From Sphingobium sp. (GTDB lineage: Bacteria > Pseudomonadota > Alphaproteobacteria > Sphingomonadales > Sphingomonadaceae): a stretch of 64,000 bases of DNA. Positions 52,739 through 64,000 of the stretch are shown one piece after another. Made by a program: the position numbers and the translations under genes. The stretch's first letter is position 1. Each line of letters starts with the position of its first letter. The stretch spans positions 34,994 through 98,993 of the forward strand of contig JARYGO010000008.1 of the NCBI GenBank assembly GCA_033795485.1. Reading direction: 5' to 3'. The notes under the pieces were generated by a model. It was not told where the DNA came from and did no database searches. It worked only from the letters and a program-made list of their open reading frames with translations.

Positions 52739-53785
52739 TCACGCCGCTTGGCAAGCCTGTCGGTGATCCCGTTCGGCGTCGGTGGCGTCCAGCAACGCGT
52801 CGAGCGTCGCGGCCCTGATGCCGCGTCGGTCGAGATGCGCCAGCACAGCGTCCCACCAGGCATAGAAAGCGGTGCGATCGGCCTCCGTCCGGACATAGGG
52901 GGTATGCCCCGGCTCCAGCGTGGGGGAATGAAAGCTGAAGTTCAGCACCCGCACATCCTCGTCGATCAGCGCGTCGATGGCGGCGATGGCTTCGGCGGAC
53001 GAAACGCCCTCCGGCGTCAGGGGAACCCGGCTGAACAGCCTGGCGCGAGAAAGCGCTCCCGCCAGCGGGCCAAGAGCGCGCGTCGAGCGATGGAGCCGCT
53101 CGCCCGCGCCGCGCATGAGGCCGGTGAACGCGGTGGACAGCGGCAATTCGACCAGGCTGCGGCCCGGCCCGGCCCAATAGGGATGTAGCGGCAGGCCCTG
53201 AAAGTCCGGGCCATGCTGATGGCTATAATCGAACCGGCTGCGCACCGAGCTGTCGAGGCGAAATCCCGCCTCCTCCAGCAGGCGCGCGCTGTGCGGCCCG
53301 ACGCCGTAACGCCCCGCCCGGTAGGCGACCGGTCGCGCGCCGAACCGCTCCTCGATCCGGCGGCAGAGCGCCTCCAGCTTCGCGCGCTCGGTCTCTTCGG
53401 GCAGGAAGCCCACATAGCTGTTCCGCGCCGACAGGGCTTCGACATGCGGAGGGTTGACCCAGGGATGCAGATGCGCGCCGATGTCGGCCGCGCCGTCCGC
53501 CAGCCAAAGGCCCATCAGGGCCGCGGCCGCGTCGCTGTCCACCACCGGATAGTCGGTGACATAGACCGGCTTCACGCCAGCGGCGGCGAAATAGGCCTGC
53601 CCCCGCGCCATGCCCTTCAGCGCCGTCACGCCGTGCCCGGTACGGCGGAAGGGCGCGTCCCAGTCGAACTCCTCCTCCGTATCGACGAACAGCATGAAGC
53701 GCATGCCGAAATCGGCGGGGAGCGCAATCTTGTCTTGCGCGGCCGGTGGCAGGAGGAGGCTGCCGTCATGGGGTGGCATCGTCAT
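52739..53785 (-). CDS. Polysaccharide deacetylase family protein (WalW-like)
   Basis: VDTEEEFDW, HLHPWVNPP, YRAGRYG and SFHSPTL motifs. Confidence 0.85.
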   Translation of the reverse strand: MTMPPHDGSLLLPPAAQDKIALPADFGMRFMLFVDTEEEFDWDAPFRRTGHGVTALKGMARGQAYFAAAGVKPVYVTDYPVVDSDAAAALMGLWLADGAADIGAHLHPWVNPPHVEALSARNSYVGFLPEETERAKLEALCRRIEERFGARPVAYRAGRYGVGPHSARLLEEAGFRLDSSVRSRFDYSHQHGPDFQGLPLHPYWAGPGRSLVELPLSTAFTGLMRGAGERLHRSTRALGPLAGALSRARLFSRVPLTPEGVSSAEAIAAIDALIDEDVRVLNFSFHSPTLEPGHTPYVRTEADRTAFYAWWDAVLAHLDRRGIRAATLDALLDATDAERDHRQACQAA

Positions 53786-53842
53786 TCCCCGGCCCTAGCA
53801 GTCAATGGTTGCCATAGAGTTGCCCAGGCGCGCCGCCACCCG

Positions 53843-55624
53843 TCAGGCCTGCCCCGCTTCCCCATCCTGCCCGCCCGCCACCACGGGCATCTCCAGCAGG
53901 AAGCGATTGGCGTCGATCTTCAGGCAACCGCCGCATTCCGCCGCTAGGCTGCGGATCAGCCGCAGCGAAAAGCCGAGGCCAAGCAGCGGACCGTCGGCCC
54001 ATTCCCCATCGGGCATATAGCCGGGATCGAGAAGCTGTGCTTCGTCCATCCCTTCCAAGCTGGAGGGCCGGTCGAACGCGAGCACGACCCGTCCCCCGTC
54101 CATGCCGTCCGCGAGCCAGCAGGTGCCGGTGATCGGCTCCTGCTCCGGCGCGACAGAGATCAGCGTGCGCAGCAGATGCTGGACCATCCGCTCGCCCTGC
54201 AACGGATCAATGCGGATGTCGGGCAGGCCGGCCGCGCCGACGATGTCGATCATCCTCCGTCCCAGGACGCCCTCGCCTCTGAACCGGGCCGCGACCTGCG
54301 TGACGAGCAGACTGGGATCGACGGCACGGGGCGCGCTGGACGCGTCTCCGCGCGACATCCGCGCCGCCAGATCGAGATCGTCGAAGGCCACCAGCAGATG
54401 GCGGGCGTCGACCGCGATCTTCCCCGCCAGGTCGCGATAGGCGTCGCCGGCCGCGCCGAACAGCTCCTGCTCGATGATCTCCGCGAAGCCCAATATGGCG
54501 TTCAGGGGCGTGCGCAATTCATGAATGAGCTGGCGGAGCGAATCGGTGGAGAGGCCGCCGACGGACTCCGCGCCAAGTCCGGCCGGCGGGGCCGCGACCT
54601 CATAGAGGTGCGGACGGCGCGCCTGGCCCCGGAAACCCAGGAAGCGCCCCGAAGCGGGATCGAAGAAGGGGATGGCCGACATGCGCCACTCCCCCGCCAT
54701 CAGGCCGCCGACGATCGTGAAGCGGCCATTCTGGAAACCGCTCCTGCGCGCGAAGGCGCCTGCTACATGCCCGTCCGGCCCGCTGCCGCCGGCGGGCGCG
54801 ATTTCCCCGAGCGACAAGCCGATCAGGGCAGCGCGGGAGCCACCCTCGACCCAGATGATCGTGCCCGCCATGTCGGTTTCAAAGCTGAAGGCGACGGCAA
54901 GGCTCTCGCCGTTTTCGATCGGCGCGATATCCCCTTCGGCAACCTCCTCCCGCTCCGGCGGACGGCGATTGCTGGTGAAACGCTCAATCCGGTCCACAAG
55001 GTTGCGGATCTGGTCCGGCGGCGGCAATGGCGTGACCACGGGTGAGGGCGCGGCGGCATCAACAGCGCGAACGGGACGTTCCCCCCGCGCTTCGCCGATG
55101 GCATGGACGCTCGGCGTGGCGACCATCTCCGGCGTCAGGGCCATTTCAGCCTCATGCGGCACATCGGTAGTCAGCACGAGATCGGCGGGGCCGAAGGCGT
55201 CCAGCGCCTGCTGCGTGGCGGCGCCGATCCATGGCCGGGCGCGCAATATGCCGCGCGCGGTAGGCGTGAGCTGGGGGATCAGCGCGGCCCATGTCGCATC
55301 GGGGAGTTGTGCGCGGGCCATGGCCGCCGCGCTGATCGCGGGCCGATCCTGCGCGAAGAAGCGCACGAGCGCCGGCGAACGCAGCCGGTTGCCCATCTCC
55401 ACGACGCTCGCCATCCGCTGGGTTTCGCTGAGCGAGGGCCTGAGGCTTTCCAGCCGATCCAGCAGCGCCTGCCGATCGGCCTCCGCCATAGCGTGCCCAG
55501 GCCTATCGGCGCGGTCCTGTTGCGCGAGCATATCGACGCATTGCCGCCATAGCGTCACCGCGCCTAGGCCGCTTCGTTCGCCCGCTGCCAACACCGTATG
55601 CATGAGATCGTTGAAGCGCACCAT
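53843..55624 (-). CDS. Soluble HisKA-domain protein (PleC/DivJ-like H-box) with degenerate ATPase domain; start uncertain
   Basis: HELRTPLNAILGFAEII H-box, PAS-like FETDMAG segment, degenerate N/G boxes. Confidence 0.8.
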   Translation of the reverse strand: MVRFNDLMHTVLAAGERSGLGAVTLWRQCVDMLAQQDRADRPGHAMAEADRQALLDRLESLRPSLSETQRMASVVEMGNRLRSPALVRFFAQDRPAISAAAMARAQLPDATWAALIPQLTPTARGILRARPWIGAATQQALDAFGPADLVLTTDVPHEAEMALTPEMVATPSVHAIGEARGERPVRAVDAAAPSPVVTPLPPPDQIRNLVDRIERFTSNRRPPEREEVAEGDIAPIENGESLAVAFSFETDMAGTIIWVEGGSRAALIGLSLGEIAPAGGSGPDGHVAGAFARRSGFQNGRFTIVGGLMAGEWRMSAIPFFDPASGRFLGFRGQARRPHLYEVAAPPAGLGAESVGGLSTDSLRQLIHELRTPLNAILGFAEIIEQELFGAAGDAYRDLAGKIAVDARHLLVAFDDLDLAARMSRGDASSAPRAVDPSLLVTQVAARFRGEGVLGRRMIDIVGAAGLPDIRIDPLQGERMVQHLLRTLISVAPEQEPITGTCWLADGMDGGRVVLAFDRPSSLEGMDEAQLLDPGYMPDGEWADGPLLGLGFSLRLIRSLAAECGGCLKIDANRFLLEMPVVAGGQDGEAGQA

Positions 55625-55755
55625 GTTCCTCATTTTCGTGGGCGGCGCATGTGCCTGCGTCGACATGCCGTCGACACCCTTTCCTCTTCGATAAGCCGGC
55701 CAGAGGCAAAGGGAAAGACCGCTGCGCGCGGGCTTTTCAACGGCGTCGCATAGTG

Positions 55756-55772
55756 GGACAATTGCATTGTCC
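55756..55772. promoter_or_regulatory. Palindromic operator candidate overlapping the lrp -35
   Basis: GGACAAT-tgc-ATTGTCC perfect inverted repeat over a TTGCAT...TATTAT promoter. Confidence 0.45.
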
Positions 55773-55823
55773 TGAAATATTATTATGATGACGAGAAGGA
55801 AAGCGAAAGGAAATAAGCAGTCA

Positions 55824-56306
55824 ATGGCCGGGCCGAATATCGACGATATCGACATGCAGATTCTCGCCGAATTGCAGCAGGACGGCCGGATGACCAATGT
55901 CGAGCTAGCGCGCAAGGTCGGGCTGACCGCGCCCCCCTGCCTACGCCGCGTCCGCGCGCTGGAGGATCAGGGCGCGATCACCGCCTATCATGCCGTGGTC
56001 GATCCGGGCATGCTGGGCTTTACCATCACCGTCTTCGCCATGGTGAGCCTGAAAAGCCAGGCGGAAGCCGACTTGAAGGCGTTCGAGGATCATATCGCGA
56101 CCCTGCCGGAAGTGCGCGAATGCCATATGCTGAACGGCGAGATCGACTTCATCCTGAAGGTCGTCGCCAAGGACCTGCAAAGCTTTCAGCAATTCCTGAC
56201 GTCGAAGCTCACTCCGGCGCCCAATGTGGTCAGCGTCAAGACGTCGCTGACCATCCGCACGTCCAAAAATGTGCCGGGCGTGCCGCTGGCGGTCAGCCGC
56301 CGGTGA
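55824..56306 (+). CDS. Lrp/AsnC-family transcriptional regulator
   Basis: DGRMTNVELARKVGLTAPPCLRRVRALE HTH plus RAM domain. Confidence 0.93.
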   Translation: MAGPNIDDIDMQILAELQQDGRMTNVELARKVGLTAPPCLRRVRALEDQGAITAYHAVVDPGMLGFTITVFAMVSLKSQAEADLKAFEDHIATLPEVRECHMLNGEIDFILKVVAKDLQSFQQFLTSKLTPAPNVVSVKTSLTIRTSKNVPGVPLAVSRR

Positions 56307-57573
56307 CGGAAGCCGGCGGGGCGACGCCCGCCGTGCGGCTCGCCTGCTGATCCACCCAGACCGACCATAGCCCCGCTAGGTTGCTCCATTCGCCGCCGGC
56401 CTGCGCCAGCGTCAGCCTGGCATTGGCTAGGTCGCCCGATCGGGCGAGAGCGACGCCCAGACGGGTGTTGGCGCGGTTGAGGTCTATCCCCCCCTTGGCG
56501 ATGGCGGCGCGATACTGCTCGACTGCCTGGGGAAATTGCGACAGGGCGAAATAGCTGTCGGCGACGTTCAACGCGGCGCTCCCGTCGCTCGCCGCCGCCG
56601 CCTTCTTCGCGGCCGTCGGCAGCGCCGCGATTTCCTTGGTGGCCTTGGGCGTCACTTCCTTCATCAGCTTGACGGTCGTCGCCTGGGTCGGGGACAATTT
56701 GCCCGCCGCCCGACCGGCTTCGACGATTGCCTTGGCTTCGGCATTGTTGCCGTTCTTTTCAGCCAGTTGCGCATAGGACTGATAGTCCCGCTCGCTGGCC
56801 ATCGCGCCGTTGGCGGCCTGAAGGCGATAGAGGTCGAGCTGAATCTGCGGACTGAGCCCCGACGCGCTGCCGTAATTGACCAGCGCCGAACGCCAGTTGC
56901 CGGTCGAGGGATAAGCCGCCAGCCGCTCGCGGTAGAGCATGCCGACAGCCGCCCAGTCCCCCGTCTGGTAGGCAAGCGAGATCGCCTTGTCATACCAAGC
57001 GGCCGGGATCGGCTTGCCTTCGGCGCGCAGCTGGGTGAAGGCCTGCTCCGTCATCGCCCGCGCGTCCTTGGGCTTGTTGCGGCGGATGTACGTGTCGGCC
57101 ATCAGCAATGTCGCGTCGACGCCCTCATAGCCGAGCGTCTTGGCATAGTTGAGCTGCGCCATCGTGTCGTCATAATTGCCGACGTAGAAGGAATAGAGGC
57201 CGGCGAGGTAGCGCAGGCGCGGCGCATCGCCGGGCGGCACGGCGCTGCTCTTGAACATATCGGTCAGGGCGATCCGTTGCGCCTGGATGTCGCCACGCCG
57301 CGCCGCTAGTTCAAAGCGCAGGCCCGCCGCGACATAGATCTCGAAATCATTGGCGGGGGAAAGCTGGGCGATCCGGGCGCTGGCGGTCGCGATATCGCCC
57401 GCGCTCAACGCCGTCTGGGCGGCGGCGGTGGCCATGCGGAAGCTGTCCGACATCGCGATCGGCGGACCGACGTTGAGCGCCTTCCTGGCCATGGCCGGGG
57501 ACTCGGCAAGGCCGGCGGCCAACAGCAACGCAGCCGCGCCCGCCGCGCCAGCGAGTAGAGAATGTCCGCGCAT
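56293..57573 (-). CDS. Exported TPR-repeat protein (paralog 2)
   Basis: Signal peptide, helical repeats and C-terminal LAGLW. Confidence 0.8.
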   Translation of the reverse strand: MRGHSLLAGAAGAAALLLAAGLAESPAMARKALNVGPPIAMSDSFRMATAAAQTALSAGDIATASARIAQLSPANDFEIYVAAGLRFELAARRGDIQAQRIALTDMFKSSAVPPGDAPRLRYLAGLYSFYVGNYDDTMAQLNYAKTLGYEGVDATLLMADTYIRRNKPKDARAMTEQAFTQLRAEGKPIPAAWYDKAISLAYQTGDWAAVGMLYRERLAAYPSTGNWRSALVNYGSASGLSPQIQLDLYRLQAANGAMASERDYQSYAQLAEKNGNNAEAKAIVEAGRAAGKLSPTQATTVKLMKEVTPKATKEIAALPTAAKKAAAASDGSAALNVADSYFALSQFPQAVEQYRAAIAKGGIDLNRANTRLGVALARSGDLANARLTLAQAGGEWSNLAGLWSVWVDQQASRTAGVAPPASVTGG

Positions 57574-57676
57574 GATAGTGATGCCTCCCCGTGGCGGGCC
57601 TATGGCGCGCCTTCAAACCCCGTTCGTCGGCCTTCCGGCCGGAAGGGCGCGCGCCGCCCGGCGCGCGCCCCACTTG

Positions 57677-58951
57677 TCAGGCGCCCTTGGTCGCCAGATA
57701 GGACAGCCACAGGCCGGCGATCTGCTTACGCGCACCGCCCTGCACCGCCTGGAAGGCGGCCTTGGCCCCGGCATTGTCGCCGCTGCGAGCCTTGGCGATG
57801 CCCATGCGCGTATTGATCTCGTCCGCGTCCACGCCGCCCTTCTGCTTGGCCAGGTCGAACATCGCCGCCGCCTTCGCATAGTCGCCATAGCCCAGATAAG
57901 CGTCGGCGGTCGCGGCCGCGATCTTGCCGTTGGCGGCCTTCCGCGCATCGGCTTCGGCCGTTGGCAGCGACGCCTTGTCGCTGGCGATCCGCGCGACCGC
58001 CGTCTGGTAGATGTCGCCGCCTTGCGAGGCGTTCAGCACGCCTTTGGCGCGGCCGGCGTCGATCGCGGTCTTCACCTCGCCATAGATGCCGGTCTTCGAC
58101 GCCATCTCCGCATATTCAGTGAAGTCGCCGGCGACGACCAGGCCGTTCGACGTCGCCATCAGGCGCAGCACGTCCAGATTCTCGCGGTTGGAGATCGACG
58201 GGTTGGCCTGCTGGAACAGCCGGATCAGCGTCCGCAGATTCTCGCCCTTAGGGTCGGCCTCATAGGCGGCCTTGGCCCATTCGGTCACTTCGGGGACGCG
58301 CGCGGCGGCGGCGCGGCCGACGCCGATCTGATACCATTGCGCGGGCACCTGCTGCCCCGACGCCTTCATGCCGTCGGCGGCGGCCTTCAGCGCCGCCAGC
58401 CCCTGCACATTATAGCCGCGCGCCGGTTCGGCCGAGGCATTGCCGGTCCCCGCCTTTCCGAAATAGGCCTGCGCCAGCGTCACGTTGACCTGCTCGGGCT
58501 TGTAGCCGGCCTGGATCGCCGCCTGGGCGCGGGCGATCGCCGCGTCGTAATTCTTCGCCTGCAATTCGGCGTCCGCCGCAACGGCTGAGAATTGGCCGAC
58601 CTTGTCCGCCGGGGTCAGGCCGCTGTCCAGCATCTGTCCCAGCGCCTGGGACTGGAGCGCGGCATCCTTCGACGTGATCGACAGGTTGAGCTTGGTCGCC
58701 GCGATCTGATATTTGTCGTCGGGCGTCTTGGCTAGGCCTTCAGCCTCGGCGATGGACGCCTTGGCGGCGGCGAAGTCCGACTTGTCCATCGCCTGCTGGG
58801 CGGCCACGATGGGCTTCACGACCTCGGGCGACACCTTGAGCTTGGGCGCCTCGGCTTCCTTGCCCTTCTTCTGCGCCATCGCGGGCGTCGCTACCGCGCC
58901 CCCTGCTACGGCCAGGGCCAGCGCCAGTGTCACCGGGGAAACAAAACGCAT
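57677..58951 (-). CDS. Exported TPR-repeat protein (paralog 1)
   Basis: MRFVSPVTLALALA signal peptide, helical repeats and C-terminal IAGLW. Confidence 0.8.
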   Translation of the reverse strand: MRFVSPVTLALALAVAGGAVATPAMAQKKGKEAEAPKLKVSPEVVKPIVAAQQAMDKSDFAAAKASIAEAEGLAKTPDDKYQIAATKLNLSITSKDAALQSQALGQMLDSGLTPADKVGQFSAVAADAELQAKNYDAAIARAQAAIQAGYKPEQVNVTLAQAYFGKAGTGNASAEPARGYNVQGLAALKAAADGMKASGQQVPAQWYQIGVGRAAAARVPEVTEWAKAAYEADPKGENLRTLIRLFQQANPSISNRENLDVLRLMATSNGLVVAGDFTEYAEMASKTGIYGEVKTAIDAGRAKGVLNASQGGDIYQTAVARIASDKASLPTAEADARKAANGKIAAATADAYLGYGDYAKAAAMFDLAKQKGGVDADEINTRMGIAKARSGDNAGAKAAFQAVQGGARKQIAGLWLSYLATKGA

Positions 58952-59226
58952 GATCCAATCTCCTATGCGCGCCCGCGCAGCGGACGACTTTGGTTGGGCA
59001 TCGGTTAGGGGCCGACGCGTGAATGACCGTTGAACAAGCCTATAATGACGGCTTTGGCAACTGTCATGCCCCTGCTTCGTTCCGCATGCGCTTTCCAGCG
59101 GCGGCGTCACCGCTGTCAACCCGCGCGCGACCGCGCGCGCGTGTACGCGCGAGGGGTGACAGGATTGTTTCGCTGGGCTAGTGCAGGCGTAACGACACTC
59201 ATCCACCCTGACATAAGAGAATTGCC

Positions 59227-61919
<2,693 letters not shown>

Positions 61920-61923
<4 letters not shown>

Positions 61924-62270
61924 GCGATCTGTTCGCGTTCAAGATCCTGACCCCGGACCAATATGCAAGGTTCAAGGCGGACGGCGTGTTCCACGGCGCG
62001 CCCGTCGACCTGGCCGATGGCTATATCCATATGTCGACCCGCGATCAGGCGGCGGAGACGGCGGCGAAGCATTTCGCCGGTCAGGACGGCCTGGTCATGC
62101 TGATGATCGACCTCGCCGCCTTCGGGGAAGCCGTGCGATGGGAGGAATCGCGCGGCGGCGCGCTGTTCCCGCATCTCTATGGCCAGCCGCTAACGATGGC
62201 GGCCGTGGCCGGGAAGGTGGTGCTGCGGCTGGACGAGTCGGGCAGGCATCAATTCCCGGCCGGATTTTAG
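61920..62270 (+). CDS. DUF952-family protein
   Basis: DLADGYIHMST and SRGGALFPHLYG motifs. Confidence 0.88.
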
Positions 62271-62290
62271 CATCGAGCGTTAAATCAGAA

Positions 62291-62407
62291 CCGTTCGTTT
62301 CGAGCGGAGGTTCGAGCCTGTCGAGAACCGAAGTCGAGAAACCAGCGCTTTGCCCCGGTTCTCGATACGTCTTCTCGACAAGCTCAAAGCCTACTCGAAT
62401 CGAACGG
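62291..62407. repeat. Palindromic element, family B (CCGTTCG...CGAACGG)
   Basis: Terminal inverted repeats CCGTTCGTTTCGAG/CTCGAATCGAACGG with several internal TCGAG/CTCGA arms; between convergent genes. Confidence 0.78.
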
Positions 62408-62430
62408 CTGTGGTTCAATCTGAAAAGCGT

Positions 62431-63555
62431 CTAAAGCCGATCCACTCGCTCGACCCGTCCGCCCTTCATCCAATAGGCATATCCGCCCCAGCGGATGCGG
62501 CGGGACAACGCCGCCCCCAATTGCAATGCCACGTGCGCCCAGGTGATGACGAAGGGCAAGGTCGCGTCCCAGACCAGCGACCGCCACGCCGCCCGCATCT
62601 GTCCCGGCTCCAGCACCGAGGAGAGGATCGCGGCGCGCAGCGCCACGCGCGCCCAAGCGGCGCCATAGCCGATGGTGATCGCCGCCCATTGGCCGGAAGC
62701 GAAGGCGAACAGCCAGCCCAGGCTCTGGAGCAGGACCGTCGCCGTCGCCACGGCCCACATCCGCCAGCTATTGGTCGCTATATGGCGATATTGCCGCACT
62801 CCGAACGCCAGCGCCCCGCCCAGCCCGCCGTCCAGCGGCGTGGCCACCAGCAGGTCCCGCACCGGCCGCAGGCGCAGACCGGCCGCGCGCGCGGCCAGCC
62901 CGATCGTGAGGTCGTCGGATAGGCGGCCCTCAAGCGCCTCCCCCAGCCGAAGCCGATCGGCGACCTCGCGCGTCATGGCCATCGCGCCGCCCCAGGGCAT
63001 GGTGCTGTTGGCCGGACGCGGCAGGGTGGCAAGCTGCATCTCTACCGCGCCGACAAGCGCCAGCAGCCCATCGCGCGGCAGCAGCAGGCGATAGCCGGTC
63101 GCCACGTCCGCTTTCCCGCGCACGAGCGGAAACAGCAGACGGCCGACCAAACGCGCAGGCGGCGCGATGTCCGCGTCGATAAAGACAAGGTAGCGATCGT
63201 CCGGCCGCAGCGCCGCGAGCGCCGCCCGCAATTTATGGACCTTCTGCCCCTCGGACGCCGATATGCCCGCGGCGACCGCCTCGATCCAGTCTGGATTGGC
63301 GGCCGCCAGCGCCGTCGCCGCCGGACAGTGGCCGGACGTCGCGAGCAGCAGGCGGAAGCGCGCGCCGTCCTGCCGCGCCAGCCGTGTCATCAAGTCAGCG
63401 CCGCCGTCCCACTCGTCCCGCACGCTCAGGATCAGGACGACGCCGTCCGGAGCCTCGATCTGCCGGTCGGCGGGCAGATGGCGCCAATAGTTGAACACTC
63501 CGATCACGCTCAGCAATTGCAAGGCCGCCCACAAGGCTATGCCCACACTTATCAT
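62431..63555 (-). CDS. GT-A glycosyltransferase, ceramide glucosyltransferase/HpnI-like
   Basis: N-terminal TM, QKVHKL, FIDADI, WGGAMA, SDDL, C-terminal TMs and RIRWGG. Confidence 0.78.
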   Translation of the reverse strand: MISVGIALWAALQLLSVIGVFNYWRHLPADRQIEAPDGVVLILSVRDEWDGGADLMTRLARQDGARFRLLLATSGHCPAATALAAANPDWIEAVAAGISASEGQKVHKLRAALAALRPDDRYLVFIDADIAPPARLVGRLLFPLVRGKADVATGYRLLLPRDGLLALVGAVEMQLATLPRPANSTMPWGGAMAMTREVADRLRLGEALEGRLSDDLTIGLAARAAGLRLRPVRDLLVATPLDGGLGGALAFGVRQYRHIATNSWRMWAVATATVLLQSLGWLFAFASGQWAAITIGYGAAWARVALRAAILSSVLEPGQMRAAWRSLVWDATLPFVITWAHVALQLGAALSRRIRWGGYAYWMKGGRVERVDRL

Positions 63556-63644
63556 CGTCACTCGATGGCCTTTACCGTTGATCGCACTGGTGTATGACCC
63601 AAAGCATGTTGCTTGCCAATCGCGCGTCCGCGCGCTGACCGCCG

Positions 63645-64000
63645 ATGCTGTCCAGTCCCTTCCTGTTCGCCCTGTGCCGCCTGCTGCCCGCGCCGATCGC
63701 CTCCTGGCTCGGCGGCTGGCTGTCGGTCCGGCTCGCCCGTCCCCGGATGCGGCTGCGCGATGCGCGGGCGCGCGCCAATCTCGCCCTTCTCCGCCCCGAC
63801 CTGCCCGAAGACGCGCGCGAGGCGATATTGACGCGCCGCTGGTTCAATATCGGCCGGACGATGGCCGAGCTCGCCAATATCGACCGGCTCGTCGATGCCG
63901 GGCATGTGGAGATCGACCGTGAGGACGCTTATCGAACGATGCTAGCCGAACCTGGCCCGATGATCTTCCTCACCACCCATATCGGCAACTGGGACTTGCT
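63645..64000 (+). CDS. LpxL/HtrB-like lysophospholipid acyltransferase (runs off the right edge)
   Basis: Manual translation MLSSPFLFALCRLLP...ARANLALL...IGRTMAE...FLTTHIGNWDL (HxGNW[ED] motif). Confidence 0.8.
   Translation, partial: MLSSPFLFALCRLLPAPIASWLGGWLSVRLARPRMRLRDARARANLALLRPDLPEDAREAILTRRWFNIGRTMAELANIDRLVDAGHVEIDREDAYRTMLAEPGPMIFLTTHIGNWDL

Overview
High-GC alphaproteobacterial chromosomal segment; gene content and repeat types suggest Sphingomonadaceae (Sphingobium-like; inference). It is mostly housekeeping: dnaE (cut by the left edge), lolDE, a heat-shock sHSP, kup, ccmCDEFGHI, purF, cfa, rppH, an M20-astA-astB cluster, ppdK, glyQS, rplY-pth-pgm-ychF, mutL, mreBCD-mrdA-rodA, gyrA and three tRNAs (Arg-ACG, Lys-CTT, Ile2/Met-CAT). 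Less ordinary elements: (1) a 5.6-kb islet between two inward-facing tRNAs, whose low-GC left part carries a coupled ParA-like ATPase + HEPN RNase pair (candidate defence/conflict module; HEPN gene split by a 1-nt frameshift) and whose right part carries an orphan TonB-dependent receptor; (2) glyS with an in-frame palindromic repeat insertion and a roughly 48%-GC internal patch; (3) an unannotated structured sRNA candidate upstream of the sHSP; (4) two families of dispersed palindromic repeats; (5) a divergent ceramide-glucosyltransferase-like / LpxL-like acyltransferase pair. All calls come from reading motifs by eye; no database search was run.
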